64,000 nucleotides of DNA, taken from Lama guanicoe (lineage: Eukaryota). Shown in pieces: positions 1 to 13,121 of the stretch. Within the stretch, counting starts at the first letter, position 1, and every line of letters starts with the position of its first letter. The position numbers and the translations under genes are program-made. The notes beneath the pieces were generated by a model that saw only the letters and a list, made by a program, of their open reading frames with translations, was not told the DNA's origin and did not search any database. The stretch is from assembly GCA_013239625.1 (NCBI GenBank), contig MU056898.1, forward strand, positions 1,083,717 through 1,147,716, read 5' to 3'.

Positions 1-3000
1 GGGGACCCGTGTGTGAAAGAGCCGCTTCCTTTGCTGTAAATAAGCAGCGACCCGCACGGCGGGGGGACCGCCAGACGTGCCATCTGGGCCGTCCTTTATC
101 CTCCGTCCGACATTGCTTTGGAAGGAAACACAGCCTGTGACCGCACTGCCTCCAGGGGAAGGTCGTCGGTAGAGCCTGCCTCCCAGGGCTCTCCTCTGGG
201 GACACGAGAGACAGGTGGGGCAGAGCAGCGGACGGATGCACCTCCAGAACCATCGTCGAGCAGGGCTGAGGGGGAGCTCCTCCTGTGTCTGCTCCGAGTC
301 CCGTGTTCTGGGAAGCCTAGACCTTGAGGGCCTGTCGTCAGCCGGCTTCTTCACGGCTGGTCTGGGAGAAAAGAGCAGAAAAGGCTGAGATGTGCGCCTC
401 CCACCGTGCTCGGGCCGCTCAGCTGCGCCTCCGGTCCCCGGCCCCAGGTCATTCCTCCGTGCTCGGGTCGCTCAGCGTACACCCCTGTGCGCTCGCGTGT
501 GCACGCACCTGCACGCCCTGGCCCGTGTGTCCTGTACGTGCTTGTTTGAGGCTGACAGCCTCACAGTCCCAGGAAGAGGCTGTGCTTGTCAGGAGGGAGA
601 CGGGAGGATGGCCTTCGCTGCGGCAGGTCAGACCAGCGCCTTGAGCTGCTGCGTGCAGGCCAGCTTGTGGGAAGGGCCCTGGAGAGTCGAGTGGCTCTGT
701 CCCCCAGGCGGGGCGGCAGGCCTGAGGCCAGGTGTTCAGGAATGGCAGGCTTTTTGATGCGGGTGTCGGAGCCCAGGTGGACAGAGGTCCGAGAGCCTCT
801 CAGTGCCCCTGGGGTCAGGGGGTGTGGTCTTCTGGCTCCTTGGAGCTGCCCCTCTGGGGGCAGTGGTTACTAAGTGTGTTTGGAGGGGACTCGGGGGGCC
901 CAGGGGCCCCGGATGCTGGCTGTCCTGCTGTTCTTGTGCACGGAAATGAACGACTTAGTCCCAAGGGTCAGGGCGCCCTGTTGGTAAACAAGCAATCGTG
1001 CTAAGAGCCCTCGCACGTGCTGTCCCCGCACCGTCGCCTGGCAGGGGCAGCGGCCTGCCTGCTGTGTTGCGGCTCTGGAGGGCGAGTGTTCCCTGTGCTG
1101 TGTGGGAAGCTGTGTTGAGGCAAGAGTCCCCCTGTGCAGACCCTCTGCCCCCTGGGCCGGTCGTGCCCAGCTTGTCTGGAAGGAGCAGCTCTGGTGACTA
1201 AGCAGGACTGGGGGCAGACTCGGGGGCCCCCTGGCCCGGCCCCAGGAATGCTGTGTGGCCAGGGTCAGAGCCATGTGCTCGTCCCCTCCTCCCTCCGGGT
1301 GGCGCCCGGATGCTCCCCCCAGGGGTGCTCCTTGTGCGCCTTAGCTGCTGCTTCCTGGCGGAAGCCTTCTTAGTCCGAGCACTTGTTCGCGGCCCGCAGC
1401 TTCCTCTCTCCCAGAGGCACGCCTGTAGTCAGGAGCCCAGGCTCCAGATGGAGCGCCGGCCGGCCACCTCCATGCATGGCGGTGACGGTATCTCCTTGAT
1501 TATGGCCCTTCCCTCATTCTGAAATATCTGGACTCCTTCCCCCGTCCCCCCCACCGTGAAATCCTGAAATCTGCTGACCTGTCCCACCTTTGCCTGGGTC
1601 TCCTCTGACATCCAGCTGGCGCAGCCACCCTCACCAGTGCGTCACGTGGCGTGACCTGCTTTCCCTGTGCCCGTGTGTCCGCAGGCCCCCGAGTTGGCTC
1701 ATCCACGCCCCGTCCTCCCTGCACCTCCTCCGCACCCCTCCTGTCACCTCCACTGGGGTGCCCCTGACCGTGTCCCCGAGCTCGCCCACGCCCGCTCTGC
1801 TGAGTCATCCTGCCTGCCAGGAGGAAGGAGGGCGGGGCTCCTCCTCGCTGGTTTAGGAACCGTTCGTTGCACACCTGCCCTTGAGGGGCGCGTCTTAGGT
1901 GCTTCAGGGAGCATGTGGATGAATCACGCTGGGTCCTGTTCAGCCTTCAGCGTTCGTTTCAAACGGAGCCACCTACTCACTGATTTCGTTCAGGCTGCAC
2001 CCCTCACCCAGCTCTGGGGTGTGGCGCCAGGAAGGAGCCGTGGGCGGAGGCCGGCCAGGGCTCAGGCCGGCTGGGCAGGGTGCCGGCCACCGCAGCCAGC
2101 GCACAGCATCCGCGGACCGTCTCTGAGCTCATCCTGCGCCCGCCGCTCTCCTCTGCCGAGACGCGCAGGAGCGCTGGGCTAAGGGGTGGGTGGCAGGGCT
2201 GCAGAACGCCGCGGTGTTGGGGGGTGACTTTCCGTCTGGTCAGGCTGAGGTGTGAGACCGCAGAAGCGACGCTGTGCCTCCTCTGCGCGTCGTGCGGGGT
2301 GCGTGGCGTTGGCACCATCTGTTTCCCGTGCTGCCGGCCTCGATTGCTTGTTTCTCTGCTGCGAGGCCGGGCGCTCCCCTCTGGTCAGGAAGTGTCCCTG
2401 GGGACGTGCCAGGACCTTGCCGACAGCCCGTTCCCTCCCGGCCTGCAGGGCGCTCGCTCTCGGGCTCGTTGGGGGGCCTCGCCTGCGGCCGCCGCCTCCA
2501 TAGGGCACAGGGGTCGTCCGTTTCCCTTGTGTCTGGTGCGTTCGGGGCTGGGCTTCTCAGGGGGAGACTCGTCCCTTCTCCCCGCGTGTTCCTCCATTGG
2601 TCGTTTAATGCCGGCGTGAACTGCGGACAGCGTCTCATTGAGCTCAGCGCTCTGCAGCCCCGAGCTACTCAGATGGTCTGACCTCTGGCCTTTGACCTCT
2701 GACCTGTGGGAGCTCTTTGCAGTTGGCTCTTGTGCTCTTCTGACTCCCACTGTCTTGTTTGGAGTGTTTCCTACCTTCCCAGCGTCGCACAATGCTCTGA
2801 ACTTGGATTTTCTCTGCGCCTTTCACGGCATCGACCCTTTTTCCAGGACGCTCGGGTTCCTGTTGATGGAGAGCCAGTACCTGGGTGGGAGATGTGTTCA
2901 CGCCTTCAGCCCCTCGGTGGACAGAGCTGGTAAGTGTGCAAAGATCAGTAGTGGTGTGGCTGGGTCACAGCAGCGGTCAGCTCCACGAGAACCCACCTGC

Positions 3001-4653
3001 CGTTTTCCCAGTGGACGGGCCCTTCTGCAGCTGCAGGCGCCCATGCGGCCAGGGGCTGCTTGTGGCCTTGGCGGCCGTTCTGATGGGGGTGTGGATGGTG
3101 CACGTGGAGGCCCACCTCCCCTCCCAGGCCTGCCGAACATGCTCCCTGTCTGCGCTGCTGGGTTTCTCACGTGAGAAGCCTGGCAAGTAGACCCCATTTC
3201 CTCCCTCTGATTTCCCGAGTCAGGGTCAGATTTCCGACGGCTTGATTTTGTGTCCTTCAGTAGCCTGAGAAAGCCCCAAGGTCACTTGTCTGTCTTTCCT
3301 CCCTCAGCCTGCCTTTTCCTTTATTCCAGTTCTCTTGGGACTGAAGGGGGATGCTGCACGTGTTCATCTAGTACGTAGCTCCTTGGCTGGGGCCCATGCC
3401 AGGCACTCGGGGTCACCACCTTGAAGCTCTTCCTGCTGCAGGGAGTGGGCAGCGTGTGGAGGGCGGGGAGTGGAGCCTGGTGTTTGCCAGTCTTGACCTG
3501 GCTCTGCCTCTGACTGGTGGCTGACTGTGGACAGAAGCTGGGTCTGCCCAGCCCCCTCCATCCTTCAGCCCCGCCTCGCCTCCGGGGGCCCTGCTGGTGG
3601 CAGCTCTGTCTTCGCCCTCGCTTCGCCTTGACCCCTGCTGGGGCACTCCTTGGGCACGCAGCCTCGTCACATCCAGGGCGTTTGCATTCAGATTCTTCCC
3701 GCCTTCCTACCCGGCACTGTTTCCTGGTCAGTTTTTCCTCCCTTCAGTTGTACGCAGGACACAAGGCAGTGGGGAGAGAGAAAAGTGACTCGAGGACCCG
3801 GTTGATGCACTTTGTTTGGATAAGAAGTGTTGCTTTGTTCTGCTGGGAACTGTTGTGAGTGATGTGAGCATCTTCCTCACGATGTGTGTCCTGGCCCCTC
3901 TGCTGGGGCTGGTGGCGGGGCAGGTGGTGGGTCTGGACCCAGCAACCATGTGTATTGGTTGGTTAAACCCATGGAGGAACCCACGGCGTCTTCACAGCCT
4001 GAAACAAAGGCTCCTTCAGCAAGTCAAATTTTACCCAGGACGGAAGAGAGACATTGGAGGCCAAGAACCGCTGCCTGTGCTGGCAGTGGGGTTAGTGTCT
4101 CTCAGACTGATCCCTGCTGTGTCGTGAGGTCAGAAGTGAGCTCTTCCTTGGGTCATGTCAGTAGAAGTAGAGCAGCACACAGAGGAGGTACGGGGCTGCT
4201 GCTCCGCGACCCACAAAGCCCCCGGTGTCCACCTCCCGCTGGGGCCTGGCTCCGGACGAGGGGTTTGGGGACAGCCTTGGCCGTCGTGGGTGTGTGCGCT
4301 GTGTGCCGGGGCTCGGGGTGCAGCGTGGTTGCTAAGTTGCAGCCTGGCCACTGGAGGGGCTGTGAGAATATCTGAGGGGTTGGGAGGGTGGGCTTGGATA
4401 AACTGCACAGTCACCGAGTGGGAGCGCTTGATGGAAGGCCTTGGTTTGACACACAGAAATTCCTGTCACCTTTAAAAGGCCAGAACAGACTCCCAGCCTG
4501 GGAAGGTGTGGCCTGCCCTTCCTCCCTGGGCCCCGGGGACATCGCAGCCGTGCCGAGGTCCCTGACCCGCACCACGATGCGGGGGGCGATGGTCCTTGCA
4601 AACTGCAGGACTTGTGTGTGTTCAGAAAGTAACCAAATGGATTCAAAGGAGTA

Positions 4654-4789
4654 NNNNNNNNNNNNNNNNNNNNNNNNNNNNNNNNNNNNNNNNNNNNNNN
4701 NNNNNNNNNNNNNNNNNNNNNNNNNNNNNNNNNNNNNNNNNNNNNNNNNNNNNNNNNNNNNNNNNNNNNNNNNNNNNNNNNNNNNNNNN
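4654..4789. other. Assembly gap (136 N)
   Basis: Run of N. Confidence 1.
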
Positions 4790-5759
4790 TTTATTTAGAG
4801 ATTTTTAAATACAGTGCTGTAGAAACGGAGTTGTGTTCCAGGCTATTAGACGCACGCTGCGGCGGTGGGCTCTGTGCTGGCCTCGCCCTGGTACCCAGGA
4901 GGCGGCTGCCGAGAAGATTGACCTGTTCCCATGTGGGGACAGCACAGAAAGCAGCTGGGCCGCGGGGCTGTCCCCGTGGCCCATCGTCCCCGCGCCTCCT
5001 GGCTCAGGAATTCTGACTCCCGCAGCCCCGGGAACCCCATTTCTGAGTGTCCTCGCTGGGCCTGACTGACGTGGGGCTGAAGGTGGGGCTTTATTCCTAT
5101 CGCATGCACCCAGGACTGCTTTCTGTGCCAGCTTCTGGGTCTGCCCTCAGTGGCTTGTGGGCAGCTGGGCTCGGGTGTTGTCCACGTGGGCAGAGAGGAA
5201 ACCGAGACGTGAGGAGGTCGCCATCTGCTTGACATCCGGGGGCCAGTTCAGGAGCATAGCTGGGGCCCAGCCTTCACGTGTCCCCTCAAGGTGGCATGCC
5301 TGGCACTGGGGGCCCTGGAGGTAGGCCTGTCTCTTGTGGGACCCAGAGTGGTTCCTCTGTGCCTGGGGCTCTGAGCCGGGGGTGGATGTGGGGTCCCTGC
5401 CTGTCCAGCCCTGGGGGCCAGGTCCCCAAGCAGCTGGTGTCCACACACCGTGGGAGGTGGAGCAGAACCTGATGGGCCATCTCCCTGGAGGCCACCACGA
5501 GCACCACTGCTGGCTGGAGGAAGCCCTGAGCCTGAGTGATTGCCCGGGGGCGCTGCTTCCGAGGTCTCCACTCTGAAAAGCAGGAAGTTCCTTGGCAACT
5601 TGAGGTGGGGAGGGAGCCAGAGCAGCACCCCCGCCCGCAACCCTGGGCCCCTGTGAAGGCGGGCCTTCCTGGCGGTCAAGTGTTTGCAGAGGCAGGCCTT
5701 GTTCAGGCCCTTTCGGGTCCCGTATGTTTCCACAAAGCTTTTTAGACCTAAACACAGAT

Positions 5760-6250
5760 GTTCATCTGAAAATGAGAAATCAAATTAAGCGGAACCAGCC
5801 TTTGACGTTGATGCCCTATTGCAAGTAAAACAAAGGGAGGAGAACACTGTTGTAAATTTCGCTTAAATAACTTTTTATTTTAAATGAAGTTTTAAACTAA
5901 AGTAGTGTCATTTGAAAGCGCTCATCTTCCTCTCTGTCCTTCAGCGGAACATCTGTGCTCATTCTGACGCGATGAATGACATGAATGGAGCCAGAGCCGG
6001 TGGAGCGCTCTCTTTACCATAATTACACCTCGCTCATCCCCGGGACACAATGCAGGCATGAAATGCCAATTAAGCCTCTATGTGAATGAGACGGAGCCTG
6101 AATAGTGGGTCACGGCGGACACAGATCCCAGCGGAACTGGTTCGATATAGCCCGGAGTTTGTTCTGCTTTAATAGAAATGTTGTACGTGATGAAAGTCTC
6201 CAGCATTTGCTTTTATTCTAAAATGATCCATTTTGGGGTTTTTTGGTCAG
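5760..6250. promoter_or_regulatory. AT-rich non-repeat island, candidate conserved non-coding element
   Basis: Sharp drop in GC, homeodomain-type cores (cataattac, ccaattaag), no recognisable repeat. Confidence 0.4.
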
Positions 6251-6769
6251 CAAGCTTTAAAACAGTTTTTTTCTGAGCACCTGGTTGGGCGCCTCGTCCC
6301 CTCCACGCCAGGTGAGTCAGACGGGGCATCCTGGAGGTTGTGGGTGTCTCCTGTCGTCCAGGGCCTGGGTGCTCTGTGCCACGGGGCCCTGGGCGTTGCC
6401 AGGTGGATGCAGCCCGAAGACGGCGTCCCCAGGACGCTGGCCCCAGATCTGGGGCGGAGCTGAGGAGTCAGGGGCCCTGACACTGCCATTTCCATCCACC
6501 CAGCAGCCCTTCCCAGCAGGCAACCTGGACGTCTGTCCAGGGTTGAGATCCTTGGGGGCAGAACACTGGCCGGTTCTGGCAAGTTCTGGGTGCCTCACTT
6601 TCCTCGCCTGCCCAGCAGGGATGGCGGCGCCTTCTCTGCTGGTTCTGAGTGGGAGTCAAACGAGACCCAGGATGTTGGTGCACCTGCTGCGGTTGAAATC
6701 CGGGGCCTTGTGAAGTGAACCCTGTTTAGATTCATCCTGAGGATGAGAGCTGTTGGGGTTTCAGTCACC

Positions 6770-7250
6770 GTAAGCACGTTTACTGGGTGGCCGGGCCTGC
6801 TGAGGGAGTCAGTGAAGGGACAGTGCCCTACCTGCGGGCGGGACCACAGAGGGACCACGGTGGGCCGGGGCAGGCCGTTGAGCGCTGGGATGAAGGCCCT
6901 GAAAGGTGAGAGGACGCACCCGCGAGCAGGGCCAGTGGGTGAGAGGCCAGCTGGCGCCAAGGGGGCACAGGTCGGAGGCCTAGGGAGAGGTGGGGGTGTC
7001 AGCGCCCCAGGGGACGCCGCTGAGGCCGCGCGCTGTTGACCAGAGTGGAGGTGGGGCTGTCGGCGGCAGCGGTGGCTGTTTAAAGAGGGAAGGCACCAGA
7101 GCACCGCGGTTAAGCTGCGTGGTGAGAAGACAGCTCACAGGCGCAGCCTTTGGGTGGGTATAGGATGCTTGCTGCTCGAGTGAGCGCAGTTGCAGGTGAG
7201 GGGCTGTGGCGGGGAGGGGCTCAGGTAGGAGGCGATGAAGCAGGGAAGAC
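6770..7250 (-). mobile_element. Probable decayed L2 fragment
   Basis: Purine-rich tract resembling antisense L2 (aagcacgtttactgggtg...; tttaaagaggga...; gcagttgcaggtgagggg...). Highly diverged. Confidence 0.35.
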
Positions 7251-7951
7251 CCTGCTGTGGCCCCATGTGCCCCCCGTCTCTCGTGGACTCCCAGCTGCCT
7301 CTGCTCGGGGCTTCCCTCCCCGACTCAGCCGCAGTGAGGTCTCACTGACTGATGGCCCTTCTGTCTGTTGGAGCCGGCTGCAGCGGTCAACGAGAGGCTG
7401 GCGCTGTGCTGTCCCATGTTTGTCCTGGTGTGGGAGCCTGGCTGGCCAGCCGGCCCACTCGGTGCTCCCGGTGGGTCCTCCATGAGAACTCACACCAGCC
7501 CTCACCGGCCCTTCCCTCCACCAGCTCCTCAAGGGGGGACGGGGCACATTGATCTCAGCATCCCCAGGGTCCCCAAGGTCTGACGCACAGCTGGTGCTGG
7601 GTCAGGCCCGAGAGGGTGGCCATCAAGAACCCCGTTTGTCTGTTAGTGATGGGAGCGGGAGAGCCACAGTGGGACCCCCTCATAAGCGGGAGGATGACTC
7701 CATCCCCTGCTGAATCAGAGCCAGGCCTTGGCCTGGACACCTCGTAGTCCCAGTCTGTCCTGTCAGTGTGGGACGGTCACCTCGGCACTGCATTAACTCC
7801 AGAAATTAAAGTGGGGCTCCTTCTCTTTTAGTTTTGATGGGGGCCCTACGGGCTGCAGGCAAGTGTTTCCACTTTCCAAACAGGGTGGCGGACCGCCTGC
7901 TGGGCCTTGCCGAGAGTGTGCCTGAACACCAGTGTGTGAGGGCCTGGGCCC

Positions 7952-8052
7952 GAGGAGGAGGAGGGAGGAGTGGGGAGGGGAAGCGGGGGAAGGGAGGAGG
8001 TGGGGAAGGGCAAGAGGAAGGAGGCAGAGGGAGGAGAGGGGGAGGAAAGGGG
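7952..8052 (+). repeat. Polypurine (GA-rich) low-complexity tract
   Basis: About 100 bp almost entirely G/A (gaggaggaggagggaggagtggggaggggaagcggggg...). Confidence 0.85.
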
Positions 8053-11000
8053 CTCCCAGGAGGGAGGCTCATGTGCTGTGTGTCTGCCACCCCTTCCCCA
8101 ACAGAGAGGAACAGTGTTCCATCCTCAGTGCTTAAACTAGTGGAAGCGGGGCCTCGAGAGAAACACAGAAGGCTTGGCAGGTGATCCCAGGGGCCTGTGT
8201 TCATGGGGGTTAAAGACAGGTGTGTGCAGCGGGGAGGGAGGGAGGGAGAGTGAGTGCGGGTCCACTGGGGGCGGCTGAGGGAACTGGGGCTCCAAGAGGG
8301 GAAGGAAGGTGGGGGCAAAGTGACGTGTGTTTTCTGGGAGCGAGCTGTAGGCCTCACTGGGGCCTGGGCTTGTCTTCCGTCCCACCTCGCGGTACTGATC
8401 CAGCAGGGACTGAACTGCCACTCGTCCGGGGCAGGGTCTGCGGTGCACTTGTTGGCAGAGCTATGTGGGGACCAGGTCAGCGCAGGCTTCCCAGGGGCCA
8501 GTGTGCGCACCCGTCAGGGGCCAGTGCCAGCTCCGGGAGGTGGGGACGCTCATGGTGGTTTCCTGTGCTGTCTCTTCTCTCTGCCTCCTGAGAATTCGGA
8601 GGGGCCTGGAGAAGCAGGCAGGCAGGGAGAGGGAGGAGAGAGAAGGTGGCCAGCCCTGCCCGGGGGGCCCGAGCTGGGGGCTTGTGTGGTGATGCTGGCT
8701 GGATGCCCTGGCTACCGAGAGGACACTGCTGTGGAGGATGCACGCTTCCAGGACTGTGCCTGGGAGGGACGGGACTGCTCAGCCTTGGTGAGAGGGGTGA
8801 GCTGGGGATTCTGGGGAGAGAGGGCAGGGGGCTTTAACTGTCCCCGAGTCCCCCTTGTCGGGGCAGCTGCACCTGCAGGAGCTCTGTTGTCCCTGCCTGT
8901 TTTGCAGAAGGACCTTCCCAGGGTGTGGACCTGCTGGCTGCAGGACGGTGCAGGCTCGCTTTGCGCGGCGCTGTTCTGCCTCCACCCTGTCCGCCCCCAG
9001 ATGCATCTAAACCTGCGCTGGGTCGCTGCTGCTCCTGTCCCCCGGCCCTTCTCTGGAGGGCAGCCTACAGACTCGGTCGCTCCCCTGCCATCGCTGCCGT
9101 GGCACAGGGCCTGTGTTCTCTGGAATCTGAGTGCGCCTTGGACCTGTGGGCCCCTGCCGGCCTGTGGTTCTGGAGCCTCTCTCAGGCCGCTCCCGGAGCC
9201 CACCACGACCCTCTCCGTTCTCCGAGCCTGGTCGAGGCCCTCTGTGACCACGCCATGCGGCCAGCCCTCGGCCTCAGCCCCTTTATGGCATGTGGCCCCT
9301 GTGCACCTGGCTGTAACTGACGTCCGTGGAGGGTCAGCTCCTGGGCAGCAGGTACTGTCTTTCCCCATTTGCTCACGACGTGCCGCAGGTGGGCCAGGCC
9401 TGTGTCGTGGTGAGAGTCGGGTGTGGCAGAGCCAGCCTCTCAGCACTGGACGGCTTTTGGAAGACCAGGCGTCCGGCTCATGGAGAGAGGCAGGACTCCG
9501 TCCTTGGGTGGCCTGTGACAGACCTGTGTGATCCTCGTGTTGCCGCGTTCAGAAGGGAGAGCTGCCTTGCCCTGCACCCCAGGCAGAGTACCCTGTTGGG
9601 CTCTATGACTCCTCGGCTGCTGGGCTTGAGGGTCACAGTCTTGCTGTTTGCACCACGGGGAAGGGGGGACAGTGGCTCGAGGCCCCGGAGTGGGGACTGG
9701 GATGGCCTACGCGCCTGGTGCACGCTGAGCTCCCTGGGCTGGGGAAATCGCAGTGGGACGTTGTGGCGCCGGCTTCCACAGAACAGGCGTTGGCGTCAGA
9801 ATGAGGCGCCGCAGTGTAAGGTGGTTGGTTTTCAGGTTAAGAATTCAGCGAGGAGGGGACTCATGTAGCCCAGAGAGCTGCTGTGTGGGGAGCTTTGTCC
9901 ATAAACGCACGGTGCTGCTGACACTCCAGTCTTCCTCTCCCGGGAGAGTGTGGCGGTGCGTGCGCCACCCCGTGGCTCTGGTGTGTCCTGGAGTTGTCGG
10001 TGCTGGCTGTGTGTTAGAGGGACCAGGCGGGCTCAGGGCATTCCCCCCGGGGAGCCGGCCTGCGTGGCTTCCGCCGTGCTGGGCGGCTGGGCTGGAGAGC
10101 GCCCATCATCCCTGTGACTGGGGACGCTTAGCTCCGGGCAGCTCAGGAACACACTTCCCTTCGTCGGTGGTGTCCAGACACCAGCTGCAGACTTAATTCT
10201 CTGCTGGGCTCCGGGGCCACCTCCTCCCGTGGCTGTGCGCTCCCCACCGTGTTTCCAGGGCCCAGGGCACTGCCTGTGACTGTCAGCCTCCCTGGGGATG
10301 TGGAGGGATGCTGGCTCTGCGGCTCAGCCGTGCGCTATGGGGGTGCCCTGGTGGGGAGTGGGCCCCCCACTCCCTTTTCTTCCCAGCGCAGCCCCCTCTG
10401 GGGCCTCGTCTGGGTGTTCTGCCCTTGAGAGAGAGCTGGAGCCTCTGTGCTCTGTCTGGGCCGTCCGGGCCCACCGTGCGCCGGTCCAGCAGCGTCATCT
10501 GATTCCCGGGGCCCCACTCCGCACAGCGTGTCCAGTGCCGGCGGCCTCTCAGGGATGCTTTACTTACCCCCTACTCCGCCCGTTTCCTCCTCCATTCTTT
10601 TCGCTCAAATGGGAGCGTGTTCACTGAGCTGCATGCACTGGATGCTGCCTGCTCAGGGACAGACATGACGTGGCCCGTGGCCTCGCCGAGCGTGTGTCTC
10701 CTGCAGGACCACACACGGAGGCGGCAGAGGTGAGGACTGCGTGGCTGTAAGGGCCCTGGTCGGGTGGGGGGGGTGGTCAGCGACTGCCCCCCCCGAGGAA
10801 TCGGGGGACCCTGAGGTCGAGACCTGAGCACAAGTAGGAGTAGCCACTTGTGGAGACATCCAGGCAGAGGGGACAAGGAGCTGGGGCGAGCCTGTGTGAC
10901 AGGGCTCTGCAGAGCTGACTCCAGGGGGCTGGTGTCTCTCCTTCGGGTTGTGGGGCTGGAGCTGGGGAGGGGGCAGTGCCCATCTGCAGAGCCTGTTCCA

Positions 11001-13091
11001 GACACTGACCTTCCACCTCTGGAGGAGCGGGGTGGCACATCTTTGGGTGGTAGACCTGGGGTCACGTCTGGGCTGAAGTGTGTGCCGTGCTGGTGGTGAC
11101 TGCGGCTGCAAGGCTTGGTGTCCGCTGAGAACCCACCGTGTGGTGACCGTGCCAGGACTTGGCTCCCTCCTGTGCCGTCACCGCGGCCTCTGCTGGTGGG
11201 TAGACTCATTTCCATGGTGCACGCGGGGTCAGAGGCTCACCGGCAAGGTCAGGCTCTGGGCGAGCGAGGCCTCCTGGCTCCAGCCCTGCCGTCTGCCCGG
11301 AGCTCACGCCCCTTCCATCTTCCACGTGGTTCGGAGTGTGTGTCGGGCCCTGTGCTGGCTCGGGGCCGCAGAGAGCGCGGCCTAGCCGGTGAGCGCGGTG
11401 ACATCTGTTCACGTTGCTGTGTTGGCGGCAGAGAGGATCTGTTCCTTCCAGTCTGAACAGCCTCCTGGGTGGGGACTTCAGGGTGGAGCAGAGCCCGCTC
11501 CGTGGTCGGGGTCTCCCCTCAGTGGCAGGTCTTATAGCGAGAAGGACGGTGTGTACGTTGGCCTGTTCAAAATCCCTGTAATTGGCGTGAGTTTTTCCAG
11601 CCCCCAGTGACAGAGGAGGAGGAGTCTGCTCTGATTAAAGGGGAGGGGGTTTCAGCGGGTGGGAAGCTGGAGTGGAGGAGAAATGGGCATACAGCCCCTT
11701 CCTTTGGTTGATGGGAAAGTGGTTAATTAGGTGCCTCTCTCTTCCTCTGACACGTGCAAATGAGAGTCTGCTGATAACTGAGCTGGTACAGAAATGATAA
11801 AATTTTAACCCGGGCGCCAGCTCTCAGGTGTGTCTGGGAAATGAAGGTGAGCGTGAGGGTGAGTGCTAGGGCTGCGTTTGCTGTGAGCGGAGACCTTTCA
11901 TGTCCTGCCCTCCAAGCCCCTCCAGGGTCAAAATAACTTTTTAAGATGTTGACAAAACCAGAACAAGTTGCCAAGATGAGGTAAGATATGCAGGCCGACC
12001 GAGGCTCAGGCAGACTTGTCTGAGTGTCTCAGGCTCGCCCTGCTTCCTGTGTGCTGTCAGGGCCGCTGTGTGGAAGGACTCCCTGCTGTGAGCCAGGCCC
12101 AGCACCACGGACAGCGCCCGGCTCCCGCCGTGCCAGTGGGTGGGGAGGGGCCGGGCACTGCAGGGCCGCGCCCTTGGCTGGGTTGTCCCGGCAGGACCCT
12201 CGGGCCTTGTGAAGTCCAGGTGCCGCTGTCACCACCCACCAGGAGGCAGGGTTTTCATCTTCAGAAGCTCCTGGCGGGACCGCCTTTTAGCTCTGACCCC
12301 TGCCCTGACGCTGGGCCCAGAGGCTGCTGCTTCCTCTCCTGGGGCTGCAGGACCAGACGAGCGCACAGGTGCCAGTCCAGGGTGCAGTGGGCGTTGTCAC
12401 TCTGCCCTGTCCCCTGCCGGCTGCTGTCGTTGGAAGGTGCTCTGGGCACCCCTTGCTCTGCTTGATTACTCTCATCCCCACCTGTTGGGGGGTGATGGCC
12501 GAATGCTGTCCCCAGACAGGCCTAGGCGTCGTGTGAAGTGTGAGAGCCCCTGCCTGCAGAGAGGCTGTGGCCCTCAGGCAGTAGGGTGTGTGCGCTCAGC
12601 CCTGGCCCCTCGCTGACTCTGCTGCACCCCAGGGCCCCGTGCTCTTCCTTCTCATGGCTGGTCGGCCCATGGGGGGGTCCTTGCAGGGAGCAGCCAGTTT
12701 TTTGGGGGTCCTGCGTGGCCTCCCAGAGGTGGTTCCCCGCAGAACTGGTAGCTCATGCCTCCAGACTGTCAGCAGGAGGTGACAGTGGGTGGGAGGCCTC
12801 TGCGTGTGTCTAGAGGAATTTTGGAGACGTGGGTCTCCTCATCCAGGTGTCTGGGGCTTTGGTGGCTCCCCCGTGACGTGTGCCCTTCTGTCCGCAGGGC
12901 CCGCCTGGCCTCTGGGTGGCAGGTTGTTAGTACGTGTGTGGGTAGCTGTCTCTCTTGCAAATCTAAAATGAGATTTTACTTTTTAAATAAAAAAAATGCT
13001 CAAGCGTTTGCAGCTGGGCGATAGCAGAGATTAGAAACGTTACTTATCTCTGTAGCACAAAGGAAGGCAAACGAGAGAGAGAGGAGCAGCG

Positions 13092-13121
13092 TGCTGCCGA
13101 ATGCTGACGAATGCTGACGAG
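13092..13121 (+). repeat. 10-bp tandem repeat x3 (TGCTGACGAA)
   Basis: tgctgccgaa tgctgacgaa tgctgacgag. Confidence 0.85.

Noticed and set aside
4654-4789. Neighbouring MAD1L1 exons hidden in the N gaps
   Set aside because: The flanks show no splice context and the second gap is entered from a microsatellite. It cannot be fully excluded without a better assembly.
8254-9531. 425-aa ORF, and similar long ORFs at 28875-30035, 31372-32481, 38770-39645 and 49810-50676
   Set aside because: They are rich in Ala/Gly/Pro/Arg/Cys/Trp with no recognisable domain, mostly have non-ATG starts, and overlap ORFs in other frames. This is expected from stop-codon scarcity in GC-rich intronic DNA.
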